64,000 bases of DNA from Takakia lepidozioides (lineage: Eukaryota; Plantae; Bryophyta): the NCBI GenBank assembly GCA_030704615.1, contig CM060733.1, positions 24,614,001 to 24,678,000 on the forward strand, written 5' to 3'. This document shows, one piece after another, positions 13,201 through 26,152 of this stretch. Both the position numbers and the translations under genes were made by a program. The notes under the pieces were generated by a model. That model was given only the letters and a program-made list of their open reading frames with translations, made no database searches and was not told the DNA's origin. The stretch's first letter is position 1; each line of letters opens with the position of its first letter.

Positions 13201-16200
13201 CCCAAGGTGTGACTCATATAGTGACCTCCTCTCAATTAAGTGGTTCTTTTGATGCCTTCATGAAGCTTAGGCTCTTTGACACCCTGAAATGGCATCTTTG
13301 CATATAGTGGATTTTTGGTTAGCTATTAAGAGAGAGCTTGTCACACGTGAAATTGCAAACATAACGTAGCCATCTGCCTCAGCTTCTTATTTCAGCACTT
13401 GTTTCCTGGACAGATTAATTTATTTACTTGTACGTCTGTCTGGCAGAGGTGTACATGTGGGCTGATGCAGCAGGAGAAATGCGTACGAGGGTGTCTGTGT
13501 TTCTCCCACTTGAGACCTGGCCTACTGTTGCAGTACGTTTGCATCTGTAACTTGTAGACAAGAAGAATGGAAAGCTTGAAGTGCAGTTGTGGCACTTCAG
13601 CTATGCAAGCAAATATGTGTCATTTCCAGAATATGCTTATCTAACTGACATCACTTAATCTGAAACCTATTCTAACCTATAGGTGGAGGCTACGGCAAAC
13701 AACGTCTTATGAGTACAATCTAACCTATAGGTGGGTGCAGATTAAGGCAAGGCCAGAGACTATGTGGGACTGAACCGTACATTATCACATGACACATCAA
13801 TGTATGATCAGACATTTATTTGTATTATGTTCTTGTAAGGTCATAGATGGTTGAATATCACTTGTTATTATGTTTCTAGGTAAAGAAACCATCAATTGAG
13901 TATGGAAGGACCTGTGGGGCCGGATGGCAGGCTTTGGTCAGGCAGAGGGGACACATGGTAAGCCAGTGGTTGCGCATTGGCGGTGTGAAAGCATTTGCCG
14001 ATGGGAGTTTGGGCTCAAGGACTGCTCTTTTTCACATGGTAGTCCCCCATACTTCCTATGGTGGATTTCCTGCACTTGACTAGGAATCCTTGTATGTCCT
14101 TGACAAGGGGCTTTGCTTGGAATACGTCATGAAATGTTTGCATGGTTGAGGCTACATTTTGTGCAACTTGTGCATGTCCGTTCTAACGTGGCTTTAAAAG
14201 TTGGTGGTACCTCATACATCTGATTGCGCACATGGTGGGGATTGGCAATTGCAGCCATATGCGGATGATGACTCCAATTATGGACTGCGTGTCGCAGATC
14301 CTGAGTGGCTGGGGGTGGCTGTCATAGGTGCTGACAATGCAGGCCTCCAGGTAACAGCAGCTTGTTCAAAAAAGTATTGCGTGGTGCCAGACCCATATAA
14401 GCATTGACAGCAGCAAAACATCGTAACTCTGTAGCTATATCGTCACAGGCGTATAGTAATGTGCCAAATAAATCTTCAGCTTCATGGTTGTCTCCTTTTT
14501 CCCTGCTGGCCTCTTGAGGTTGTTTGTGCAACAGTTTCCACTTAGCACTCACCGCATCTCGAGTCTCTTGTGTGACTTCAAAGCTCGTTTGCTTCAGTTG
14601 CCCCGTTCCAGCCTAGTACCCCTTCTAATGTCCAATCTCATGAAAATCAGTAAGAGAAGTGTTATTGTTTTTTCTAGTAGCTCAGAACAGAACGTGATCA
14701 GAAACGGCGATAGTTGTGCGAACATGTGCATTGGAGATGCAATGACGGGTGGGGGGAGGGTTCTACTGCGTAGGTTGCAGTTCATGCAATTGGAGATGCT
14801 GCAAATGATGAAGTGCTCTCAGTGGTGGAGACCGTTCAGTCAAAGAATGGACCACGGGATCGGCGATTTAGGGTGCTTTTAGTGTACCTCATCTGATAGA
14901 CTTTTGTTTATGTCCTCATAATATGTCTATGATGGCATCTGTTTAACTGATGTCTTGCGTTCCGTTTGTTCAGGTCTTCAGGACATGGTGTTTTGGTGTG
15001 CATTGGAGTAGACTGGATGTATTTACTCACACCAGTGATTGGAACTGTGTGGACAGATAGAGCATGCCCAACATCTATCATCTGGAGCACCTGCCCGCTT
15101 TGCGGCAAATGATGTGATTGCTTCTGTTCAAGTATGGACAAACTTTTGTAACACTCTTCTGTAGTAAACGGTTTGTTGCAACATGACACAAGTGGGGAGG
15201 TAATTGACCTGAACTTCCACTAATCCCTGTGCTCTTCAGTAACAGACTGATGTTGTTAGCGAAGGAGGAGCTTTGGAAGATCCTGTAAGGATTTGACATT
15301 CCTAGATCGATTCAGATAACAAGCCAAGCACCAGCATTCTTCACCATGCATTCATGCTGGACCATTATGCAAGCAGCGGCAGGTATAGTAAATTAAGAAT
15401 TAATGAGGGTGCCTCGTGTCCTTTACCACTGTAAGTTCTTGAAAGGACAATAACATATCAAAATATTACCTGGTGGCAGCCAGATCACATGCTCGATGAT
15501 GCACAATCAGCTGCAAAAAAGCTAGGGGAAAAGCGATCTCTCGAGGGGTCTTACCTCTTCAACTCACTGCTGGGAAACGGCACACGGCTTGTACTGGGAT
15601 CAGATTGGAGTGTAAGTCCAAGAGGCTTTTCTCTCTTGCTTGGCACGTATGTGTCTTGGCTGGTTTGAAAACTAGTTGCTTCTGAATTGGGAGCATTGAT
15701 GATGGGTACTTTTGACAGCCTCTGTGATACTTGTTATATTTTTATTCCTTGGATTTAGACTGAGACCTCAAATTTAGATGTCTTATGGAATGATTTCCAC
15801 CGAACTTCTTTATCCGCCATCAAACTGTGGTCTCTTGCTCTTTCGTGCGAGGGCCAGAACTGTTTAAAATACTTCTTTGCGGATTTTGTAGCTGTGAGAC
15901 CATGGGAAGCTGTTTTATGGAGATCTGGAGGAAGTTCTGTTGAGGAGGTTCCTTCGTTTTGTTTGCATTGAGAGAGCCGAGGTAATGTCTCTTGGAAGTT
16001 AGAGCACTCAGGTGTACGGCAACTTGGCCTGTTTGTTGTAAAGGTGGTCCCACTGATTCCGTTGAGAGGAATGCAAACTGCAATGAGAAGGATTCCCAAT
16101 GGCTTAACATCATCATGGATTCCTTCCGAAATCATTTCAAGTGAAGCTGCTCTGACTGGGTGAGTAATGTGTCCACATTGAAGTAACTAGTGATGGTGTT

Positions 16201-16670
16201 GAGGTTTATTTCATTTTAAGATTTGACTTAGCAAATACCAAATAGTCCCGAGTGGGCCGAATCTGTTGAAGAGATGATTTCAAAGTTCAAATGCCAACCA
16301 TAAGTCAGTAGGATATTTTAATATGGTTTTGACCTTCAGAGAGTCTTCAAGTAGCTGAGCAAAATAATCCAGTTACTGGTGGTACATATCTCTATCACCT
16401 GAAATAGACTTTCTATATGCTTCAATATTGCAATAGGCATGAACATGGCCATCTTGTGACAGGTACACGGTGGGAGCTGCATATGCAAGCTTCATGGATA
16501 CCTATGTGGGTTCCTTATCTCCAGGCAAGTATGCTGATTTTGTTGTCTTATCCAATAATATAGTTACTGAGGGCTTGACAGATTATCTGCCATCTGTCCA
16601 ATCAACATATGTAGGGGGTCTGGTTGCTTATTCCAAGTGTCAGAAACCAGTGCACTACACTAGTCATTGA
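10220..16670 (+). CDS. LAF3: Amidohydrolase_3 family protein, LONG AFTER FAR-RED 3-like (multi-exon)
   Basis: Hydrophobic N-terminus, then ADTVFTNAVIWTG..PWAQCMAVRDGHIL, LDGKFVTPGFIDSHVHFISGGLQ (HxH), WILGGGWNNENWGGELPEASWID, RSDGHMGLANS, PTGVLLDAAM, RIGGVKAFADGSLGSRTALF, VAVHAIGD, LVLGSDW, and GSLSPGKYADFVVLS..TYVGG ending in TGA at 16668-16670. GT-AG junctions throughout. Confidence 0.93.
13687..13718 (+). mobile_element. 32-bp extreme 5'-truncated LINE family A insertion (copy 3) in a LAF3 intron
   Basis: AGGCTACGGCAAACAACGTCTTATGAGTACAA is identical to 50056-50087. It is flanked by a perfect 16-bp TSD TCTAACCTATAGGTGG (13671-13686, 13719-13734). Confidence 0.95.
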
Positions 16671-17267
16671 GCATAAATTCGTGAGATCTTGTGGCGGGAA
16701 ACACATCAGATACCCAGAACTGCTTTGAGACCCTGCTAGTTGTCCAGTGATCCTTTTGTCTGGTTACAACTCAATACCCCATGAGGGTATGGGAGTGCAT
16801 TCAAGTTTTTTGTTTTGTGTAAAGTTATGTACCCAGGGTATGCCACTATAGATCCTGATGTCAGGTTAGGACTATTATTTTCTCTGTATGGTATTTCCAC
16901 TGTAGTCAGGTGGAGGAACAGCTTGCACTTAAAAATATGAACTTGTATGAAAATAGATGGCCAAAACGAGTGGGTAGCATCCAGTAAGGCCAGGTTCGCA
17001 CAGAGTGGTTGGCGTCTACCTTTGGCATAGGCCTAACAGCTAGTTGTTCCTGTTAAGGTGCTGTTAGTGGCATACATATACAACTACAAGCTACCGGTGT
17101 GTGCATTGAGTTCACTAGTACAGTTGTTGGTACAATATGCTACTTTTCTATTTCTATTTTTATTTCTATTTTATTTATTTGTTTTTTATTTATTTTGTTT
17201 CCTTTAAAAGGGGACCGAGCCCAAAAAGTGCATTGAAAAATCTTAGTTTCCCTTTGCTAACATCCAC

Positions 17268-18180
17268 TTGAAACTACAAAAGCTGAAAGCAAGCATTTTA
17301 GGAGTAAACAGTATTGGCATGGGCGATTTCATCCAATTCCCACCTATCAACGATTCTTCTTTATATTCCTTAAACATCCCACCGGAATTCTCATGCACAC
17401 TACACACACAAAAGAAAATCATTGGGAGTCTTTTGGAAAATTATGTACGACCAAATGCCACAATTTTATATGAGACAAGCTGACGACCAACAATATTCCA
17501 ATTTACTCAACAATTTGCGACAAGAAAAATATATATATAGAGAGGCCTCCCGAAGGGAGCGTAAATTATGGTGTCTCTTCACCACAAGGGGCTACTGCCT
17601 TCCAGCTTATGACAAGACAAATTCACTCATGTAGATTTCAGACTATTCCGTACACGTTTTGTACAACAATTAAACATAAATCTATTTCAACCTTCATGGG
17701 AGGAAGCAACATACATTGTCTCCCGTAATCAACTCAGGAACACTATCAATCATTACCTCACCGAATACAATTACATGTCATACCATCGTAGCCACAGATA
17801 CTAATAAAAATCAACTTCTCCGACATCCAATTTATTGTAACACAAACCGTACCTACCAATAAAACCCACAATCTCATGGCATTTTTTAAATTATATAAAG
17901 GAATTGAATGAAGGGATGCTCACATAAAACTTATATCCCAAAATTGGAATGGAGCCGTTGCAAAGATAATCCAAATTTTCACATACGTACTCAACTGGAC
18001 ACTAAATAACACAATGCACCCTCCAACCAAAGTCCTCATAAATTTTATAAACGAACATCCTACATTAAATACCGTAACTTTGGAAGGGCTTTCCAAAAAT
18101 AACATACCCATTTCACCCATATCAAGAATCATATCCTACCAACATCAAACACATGAATTCAAACATACAAAAAATTCCTA
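17268..18180 (+). pseudogene. Degenerate Helitron Pif1-like helicase fragment
   Basis: Broken frames give GMGDFIQFPPI, MRQADDQQYSNLLNNLR, YIVSRNQLRNTIN and LYKG..NLYPKIG. Segment ~17890-18170 is homologous to ~40115-40390. Confidence 0.8.
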
Positions 18181-19588
18181 CATTCTTACAGTTCAGTTTC
18201 ACATTCTCTCCATAAAATTTATTTATTTCTTCCAAAACAATCCACTTCTTTCAAGCCATACTACATATAGTCTCTTTTTTTAAGGTTATGTTAAATTCCT
18301 TATAAAAGTGTTATTTATATTTTGCATCTGATAGAATCAAAAAAATTAAACTCTTTTTCCCTTCATATTCATGTTTGTACATGTTCTATAGCATATATAA
18401 CAACTCCCTACCAAGTCAAAAACAAAATGGAAAGTCCATTTGTTTTTCTAAAAAGTATTACTGAACATACCTTCATTTCTAAAGTCCGTAAGTCCTTGAT
18501 TTTTCATTCAAATCCATGAAACTAAATCAAGAACTTCACGTTTACATGGTTATTATCAAGATTTGAGTCTCATCATAAAAAAAAACAAATCGGTAGTCTA
18601 GAGTAGTAGTAGAAAAACTGCGACTTTTACGTCCATCTTGATCCACAACCCCTTTAGATCAATGTTCTGAATTACTCTCGTCGTAGCGATCGGGCTCTTG
18701 GACGATTTGGAAGCACTAGAAGAAGGTGAGGTCTTTTCTTTTCTTTTTGGTTCTGTTGATTTTTTGTGTATTAGCGAGAACAATTGTGCTCATCGGAGTG
18801 CGGTGAGTCTTCGAAGCGCTGAATATATAAGTTAATAAATGTCGTGGTGTGTGGTGTTTTGTTTTTGTGTTTTTTTACTGTTTAGGAGAAAGGGCATGGC
18901 TGTATCTACTTCCATTGCCAAGCGAGTTAGATCGCTTTGATTGTGCTTTGAAAATCTTTAGGTGGAGTAAATGGATATGTGAATAGGTCAGATGATGATT
19001 TCTGAGATACGATTTCTCTGGCTACGAGATGTAGGATTTCGTCTTCTTTTGGCTGTCGAGCTCGTTTAGATTACGGATTTTTAATTTGCTTTGAATGCTT
19101 CTTCCTCTCTATGAGGTTAACCCTAGTAGGGTTTGAAGGTGCGTGTGAGATTTAGTGAGATAAACAGGATGGCTGTCAGCTTTTTTTAGCTGTTTGAGAG
19201 CTTCTGAGAAATTTGCGGTTGACAGTTGCAAATCATGTGTAGAGTTTAATGAAATCCGGGATGGCTGCAGCTAAATAGATTATTTGTCTAAGAACATTTG
19301 TTTCACAGTTTTTGGTTTTTATTCGTTGCAATAAAAGCAAGTGATGAGAATTAGTCATCTTTTTGTTCATGACATGTGCATGGCCGTGGAAGCCGCGGGT
19401 TTGAGTACGGTTGCATGTGTCATATGTTGCAAGCTCTCGTAAGTATCAAGCTTGCAGATTGTTGTGATTGTGCATGAGTAGGTTGTGTTTGATCACATGC
19501 ACGGACATCATCGGTTGTGGTTGATCTAACTAAAAATCTACCTCTTACATAAAATTTATGTAAAAATACCCATTCCACTCTTGCATGC

Positions 19589-19966
19589 TATTTCTTTCCA
19601 AGAAAAAAATTACAATCACTCGCAATCATCTCCAGAAACCTTCATCATTCCAGTTCAATCTTAATCTCCTCACACAGCCCAAAAACAAACACAATCACTC
19701 ACTGAACCAACCATTGATTCAAATCGCAGAACAAAGAACTAGGGTTTCACAAGAACACTAACCTCCACCACGTGCGCGTTATTTTTCTCCAAGAAAAAAA
19801 TTACAGTCACCCGCAATCATCTCCAAAAAACCTCCATCATTCCAATTCAACCTAACCTCCTCACACAGTTTCTAATCTCTCGAAAACACAAACTATCACT
19901 CACCGAACCAACCATCGATTCAAATCGGAGAATAGAGAACTAGGGTTTCTCAAAAACACTAACTTC
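19589..19966. repeat. Two diverged tandem copies of a ~185-bp unit
   Basis: Both units (~19589 and ~19779) run CCAAGAAAAAAATTACA..CGCAATCATCTCCA..ATCACTCAC..GATTCAAATCG..GAACTAGGGTTTC..AACACTAAC. Confidence 0.85.
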
Positions 19967-21719
19967 GAACTCCAGCAATGTCCGTAAATCTCGACACTTT
20001 GAGAGATGGATTTGTGACCATGACGGATTCAGGCCTCTCCCCCTGCAGAACGCGAACCAACTCATGCCCCGCCATCCCACGTCACAGATATATGACCACA
20101 TCAGCGCGCTTCCACACCGCTGGCTCCCTCCACATCAGCGATTGGGGACTTCCAAGCTACCGTAGTTCCGAGAGTGCATGTTGATTTATCATTTCTCTAA
20201 GGTAGATTTCCCATAACCATCGATGCCCTTTTACCAACAGAGCATACAGAACCTAAAACCAAAAAAAGAGTTGGGTGGAAAACAGCTGATAAGTATCTAC
20301 ACGAGCCGTAGATTCCTCTCTCCCATGGTTTGAGGTGCATTTAGGGTCATATTTAGGATCCCACTACACACTGAAAATGGTCTTTAGTTAGTGTCATATG
20401 TTGTTTACTATCACAGTAATTCACTTTATAGGTGATCTTATAAATAAACAATCTATAGAGTGCCTTGTTGTTTCAATCAAAAGCTTGTTGACGTTAAGTA
20501 TTGGTGATATTGGTTCACCGGTTTGTATTTAGCATCATAACAAGATATTTAGAATTCATGATACTAAATACCATTTTTAGTGTACTTTGAACTTCAACAA
20601 TTTGCTAAACATTCATGGTGAACCTGAAAATTATGTTCCCATTAGATTAGAAGATCTTTCTAAAAATGGGGACCTTATAGAAGTTGCTCCATTTCAAACT
20701 TGAATCCCCAATTGTGCCAAATTGATTACAACGGTGGTTATGAGAATCTACCTTATGTTCAATGGTGAGATGCTAAAGTAGAGCAACCCAAAACCGATAA
20801 TGCCTCCAGAACCAATTTATAGACTTCCGCAAAACCAACATATATTGTAGCCTGGAGCACCTTCGGCTCTCTTACACCGAATATGCAATTAAAATGTAAA
20901 TGTTAGGTTCGGTGGAAGAAAAGGAAATTTATTGGCTCCTCCCTCAAGAGGATACCACACATCACTGCTAAAAGGAGCAAGATCCTGATGTACCTACACC
21001 AAAAACACCTATAAATTTAGATGTACCTACACCAGATAATACCTACACCTAAATTTGGAAGATGTACCTCCACTAGTTAATACAATATGTGTCATCCAAA
21101 TGAATTTGGGGTCAAATCCTGCTACATTCGCAGAAATAAGCATTAGTTTCATAAAAACCATCATGATATTTACACTCTAGTATTCAATGATGCTTAATAA
21201 TTGGCATGGACTTGATGTTCTGGGATCGAACCTTTGCATGCCCCAAAAGTTCATTCGCTTTTGCTGAATTTAAGCATTAGTTTCATGAAAAAGATAATTA
21301 ATGGAACAAAACTTATAATATACAGATTTTAGAATGGTTTATTATTCAATGATTGGCACTGACTTGATGGTATAGAGCATTGATCTTGGGTGGTAAAGAT
21401 TTAGGGATCAAACCTTTGCATGCCCAAAATTTGTTTGTTTTTACAGAAATTAGGAAAAAAATCATACAGGAAAACACAATTTGAAATTAGTGGAACAAAC
21501 TGGATTTTAAGTAAATCTAGACTTACCAAAGTCCAAGAATAACATATATATATTGATTTATTGATTTATTTAAATTGAATTAAAATTCAATATGAAAACA
21601 AATTTAAATGATTTTATTAAGTTTATTGTAGTAGATGTTTAGTAAATATTGTTGTTCCCAGAGAATCCATACCCTGATCACACTCCCTAATATGAGTTGA
21701 AATCCTAGTTTTCTACAGT

Positions 21720-24700
21720 TTCACGGGCAGCACGGGAGACCTCCTGTCAATCGCAGTTGCTTCATTTTTTTAATATTAGCCTACAAAAAAATGCCAAACA
21801 TTGTCACTCTAGAAGTACAGGATAATTATGACTGACGTCCCAAGTTTGACATCTCCACTAAGGCAAGGGAGATCTCCCGATCTCTGAGTAGAACATAGTA
21901 AGATAGAAAGACATCCTGTCGAGATACGTCCCAAAATGTCCAGAGTAATTTGTTACAGCATCACCAAACCAAATTTGTACAGCCATTGAGGTCCTTGGCT
22001 ATGGGCACTAATCAACCATCACCATCCCATAGGACCCAAAACCATAGTCTTCACGCAAACCAATACTGAACATAGTCTCTATAGAAGCCAATTCATTCGA
22101 ACAGTTCGGCTCCAATGCATCAGCCCTTCGACAGGACTGTCTATCTCTGTCTATCATCGTCCTCAAGTCTCAGACCGGTTCCTCAAGAGCGTCATCCATA
22201 AAATAAGAACCACCTAGCGGATTCCAAGGTCACAGGCAAGGCCGTGAACCGATTATTCTTCATTCATGTAAGTCATAGCTCCATGCACAAAACACATGCG
22301 GACCAGGACAGACGGGAGGTCTCCCTTCCCAATTAGTGATACACATCAGGCATAGTCAAATTAAATTGAGGGATAAACATGCACAAGTTACAACAACCCA
22401 CCAAAGCCATAAGAGAATGAGGGGTCTGACAGGAACAAACACAAATAGAAAGGCAAAGAGGACGGGAGGTCTCCCGTCCTTACTCACACTCTCTAGTCTA
22501 AAAGAGTCTGACGGGTATGATGACGAAACCAAAACATGCATATAGTCAGGTAGGGGAGATCTCCCGTGGTGATACTCTCATATCGACATGAGTAATGAAT
22601 TCCAAAACCAAACAAAGAGTACACAGAGAACACAGAGCACAGCCATGATATCCATCGCTCTGGACATGAAATGAATAAAAAACAATGAACCATTTGGATT
22701 CATAATTTGGGCTTAGAGAATAGCGTCATTGTCAATGTACATTATTTACAATATCCCAACTGGTGGAAGACTGTCACCCGACTAGTAAGAATGGGTAGCG
22801 GATTCTACTCTAATCCCAGATCTCCCCAGATGGACATTCCGTTGTCCTGCATCTGTTTGAGGGCGTTGTGCTCGCCAGTAGATCTCCTCCTCAGAAATAC
22901 TCATATACCTCCAGAGACCATCCTGGCCTGTTGGTGTGGTATGTCCATCCTTCTTCTTGTCGGATGTTGACTTCATACGACACTTGGTCTTGACTAGAAC
23001 AAATAAACCAATCCATGAGACAAATCAGTATACTTTCCAGATTCATGGGGTGCAGCAGGGATGGGAGACGTCCCGTGCTTACTGACCCATTCTAACCTCT
23101 TAACCTACTACTCCAAGACACATCGGTTGACATAAAAAGAAGAAGTTAAAAGCAAAGAGGTGGGAACATACCTAAAAACACACAAGGGTCAGTAATCCCT
23201 AGGGGATTTGCATATCTTGCTAGCCAAATCCAATCAAGGTGAGAGCTATCGATAGGCATCTGAACATTTGCACACTTCCAGTAAATCTCCTCCATGTACT
23301 CTTGAATTGTCGGAGATGACATCGTGCCAGAAAGGAATGGCCATAAAGCCTCAACAAGATCCTCAACAAAAGAATCACGTCCCTCCTTGACGATCGGCGT
23401 TAGAGTGCCATCAAAGGATCTCGGGTAAAAACCAGTATTCAAAGAGTTCCTCATGGCTTTGGTGGGCTCATCATCAATCAAAAGCGTTTGGTCTTTTAGG
23501 CCGTAGGGCTTACAACTTCTCCCAAAGTGTTCCCAAAGACCAACAATGTCTTAAATGTAGAATGGTTGTGTTGAGGCAATGTAGGCAGGAAGCTTGGTGC
23601 AAGTATCCCGACACCAGATAAAGCAAAATTGCCTGACCATATCCTTCAGGAGAAGATATGTAAGAAGAGCCTCAACCATATGCTGAACTCCACAGGACCA
23701 TATACCCACATGGTAATGGTTGAACGCAAGTTCAAGAAATTCCAGAAGACCCGGACGAGGAATGACATTGTCCCAATTGTAGGGAATTTTGGCACGAGGG
23801 AAAAGTTCAAGGAACCTATGTGATCCAACAGGCTTGGGTTTATAGCACAATAAACCAACAACACTCAGAATGATTAACTTTCTTTGACCTCCAGAGGAAC
23901 CTGTCACTCGTGTCTTCCGGCGCAAGAGATTTGTTGCCGCGCTTGCTCGAAAATGGTCATGACCCATCTGTCAAGATTCGACGGTTAGCTTTGGATGCGA
24001 CCATCGGCAGCTATATTACTGATGTGTAGTAAAGTTGGAGATGAATCTGGAATTTATGGCGACTTAAACGAAACCGAGTCTGTGCTTCGGGAAATAAGTC
24101 AAAATGTTGTAAGTGGGAAGGAAGGGACGGGAGGTTTCCCGTCCAAATACCTCTTTGTCAATTTCGGTGTCAGACACATCCCCGAATGATCTTTGGGCTT
24201 GGTTTCGTCTTCCACCTTCTCTCTGCTGAGAGACAATGATGATTAGTTAGGTCTCAACTGAATGAAATCAAGAATGATATACAATTGACTTCCATGTGCA
24301 AACACAAACTGGAATGACTACTCCGGATACTTCCTCGGGCTCTGCTTCCTACGTCTCTTCTTCGCCGCTGAAATAGAATGACGTCTCGTTAGAGGCAGCA
24401 AGACGATGTCAATCGGTGTAAAGTGAGAAAGTGTAATGAGAGAGCACACCTCCGCAAGATTCTTCAACGCCGCGCCACGCGATCCTACAATTGATTTGAG
24501 ACAAATACATGAGGATCGAAGATAGGGAACAAGAGCAGCCTAAATTCAATTGTAAGGAGAGCAAAGTGATCAATAGGTACAAACTTTTCTCTCTGACTGG
24601 GGTTCTCTCAAAAGCCTCCGGAATTTCTTGCTAGTGCCTCTGCAGCAGCGGTGATATCATTCTCTCCAGAGTCTTCAACCCGATCCTAACTGCCCTGATG

Positions 24701-26152
24701 CTGAGGTATTCCCAAAAGAAGAGGACGGGAGACCTCCCGTGCCCACCCTTGATGGAGAGGAATTAACAATAGAAACCTCCACAGCATCTGATGCAACATC
24801 CTCCGCAGACAATCCAACGGTCGAAGGGGTACAATAGCCGTCAACAATTGCCCTCAACCCATCAACGACACCATCCATGAGCACTACTTCGGCGGCGAGA
24901 ATGCTAACACCAGAGCTCGGTTTCCAATGTCTGCGTCTGTGGGATATGGTCGATGGAGGACAGCTGTGACTGCCTTAAAGTGTCAGGGTTTCGAACGAGA
25001 TCTTGTGTGTTTCCAGCAGATGTGATATCCTCGGTTATGGGGAATTGTGCCTGCAACGGATTGGCAGGAGTGTCAATGAGCTCTGTATTGCTAACACCAT
25101 GAAGTAGATGTGGAGTGGCAAGCTCTGTTTCCATTGTCCTTGTCTAGGTCTGGGACTGGGTGAGGTTCTCCACTATAGACAGCTGTGATTGCCTCAGATT
25201 TGCATCGTCTTGTTCGGCGACCGGTGTGGTTCCTGCAGATGTGATGTCCTCGGTTACTGGGAGGTCTTGTGGACGTAAAAAAGTTTGAGTGACTGTGGGG
25301 ACCGGTGTTCCATAAGGAGAGGATGACAAACATGGTTGCAGTGCCGGCCACCGAGCCTTGGAGAACGGGAGACCTCCCATGATAAGGTCTGCGGAAAGAA
25401 CGAAGTCGAATTGACTGGGTGTCATCTCCGACATCGCGAGAAGCCTATCCCCACCTGTATATTGGACTTGGGAAGTAAAGTCAATGGAGGCATTCGTTGG
25501 CCCTCCAGAATGAAATGCTGACTCAACCCTGTTGATCACTTCGTCCTCATCAATATTGATAATCTCCCTGTGCATTCCCGCGTTGACTCGCACTCTTACA
25601 TCGATCTGAGGATTACACAGTTGGCGAGTTGAGATATTCGGGGGCCTAGAGGATATTGGTTCCGGGGGAACTGAAGCGTACCGCCCGTCGTCCGCCGGCC
25701 TTTGGCTTGCCCGTCTGGCGAAATATTTTCTGACTCCACGTCGCGTACATGCACTCCAGTCGAATGCTGGATAAGTGGGTTCTAAAACATTAGGCTCTGT
25801 TGCACGCCGTTGGATTCAGTCTCACTGTCATCTTCATCTTCCTCTAAGTGCACAGGTCTATTTCTGGCTGTATCTGGTTGCGTTAGTAAATCCTTTCGAG
25901 AGTTGGTGTCGCGGGACATTTGTGACCTCTCCTAGCGACCTTGACTTCTTTCAGAACGAGCGTGTGTAACTGGTGAAGACTCCATAATACCCTCACCCCT
26001 AGCAAATCCGTCACCCCTGCCCTCAGACTCCGAGGAGGATTGCGCCTGTTCGGCCGAAACCTTTGAACGCAGCAGTCTGATAAGGTTGAGGGATTTCTCA
26101 GCATAAGCTCTTGCTGAGACCATACGACAATGGTGTGTTACTTCCAACACCC
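21720..26152 (-). mobile_element. Degenerate transposon-like element with a spliced minus-strand gene, an FCP1-like domain and 9 dispersed ACGGGAG-NN-CTCCCGT palindromes
   Basis: Stop-interrupted, low-complexity coding segments 22700-26152 with splice signals, an internal protein repeat and repeated palindromes. Superfamily and true termini were not identified. Confidence 0.55.
23146..23900 (-). pseudogene. FCP1/NIF (HAD-like CTD phosphatase-like) domain, degenerate
   Basis: RKLIILSVVGLL..VIPRPGLLEFLELAFNHYHVGIWS..FCFIWCRDTC..(stop at 23551-23553)..TLLIDDEPTKAMRN..LWPFL. The catalytic Asp position is replaced by Ser. Confidence 0.8.

Noticed and set aside
18598-18830. CACTA-TIR-like TAGTAGAAAA..CTTTTACGTC, or a minus-strand TATA plus signal-peptide start MDVKVAVFLLLL
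   Set aside because: It lacks the CAC start and subterminal repeats. The peptide stops after 12 codons, so neither reading is supportable.
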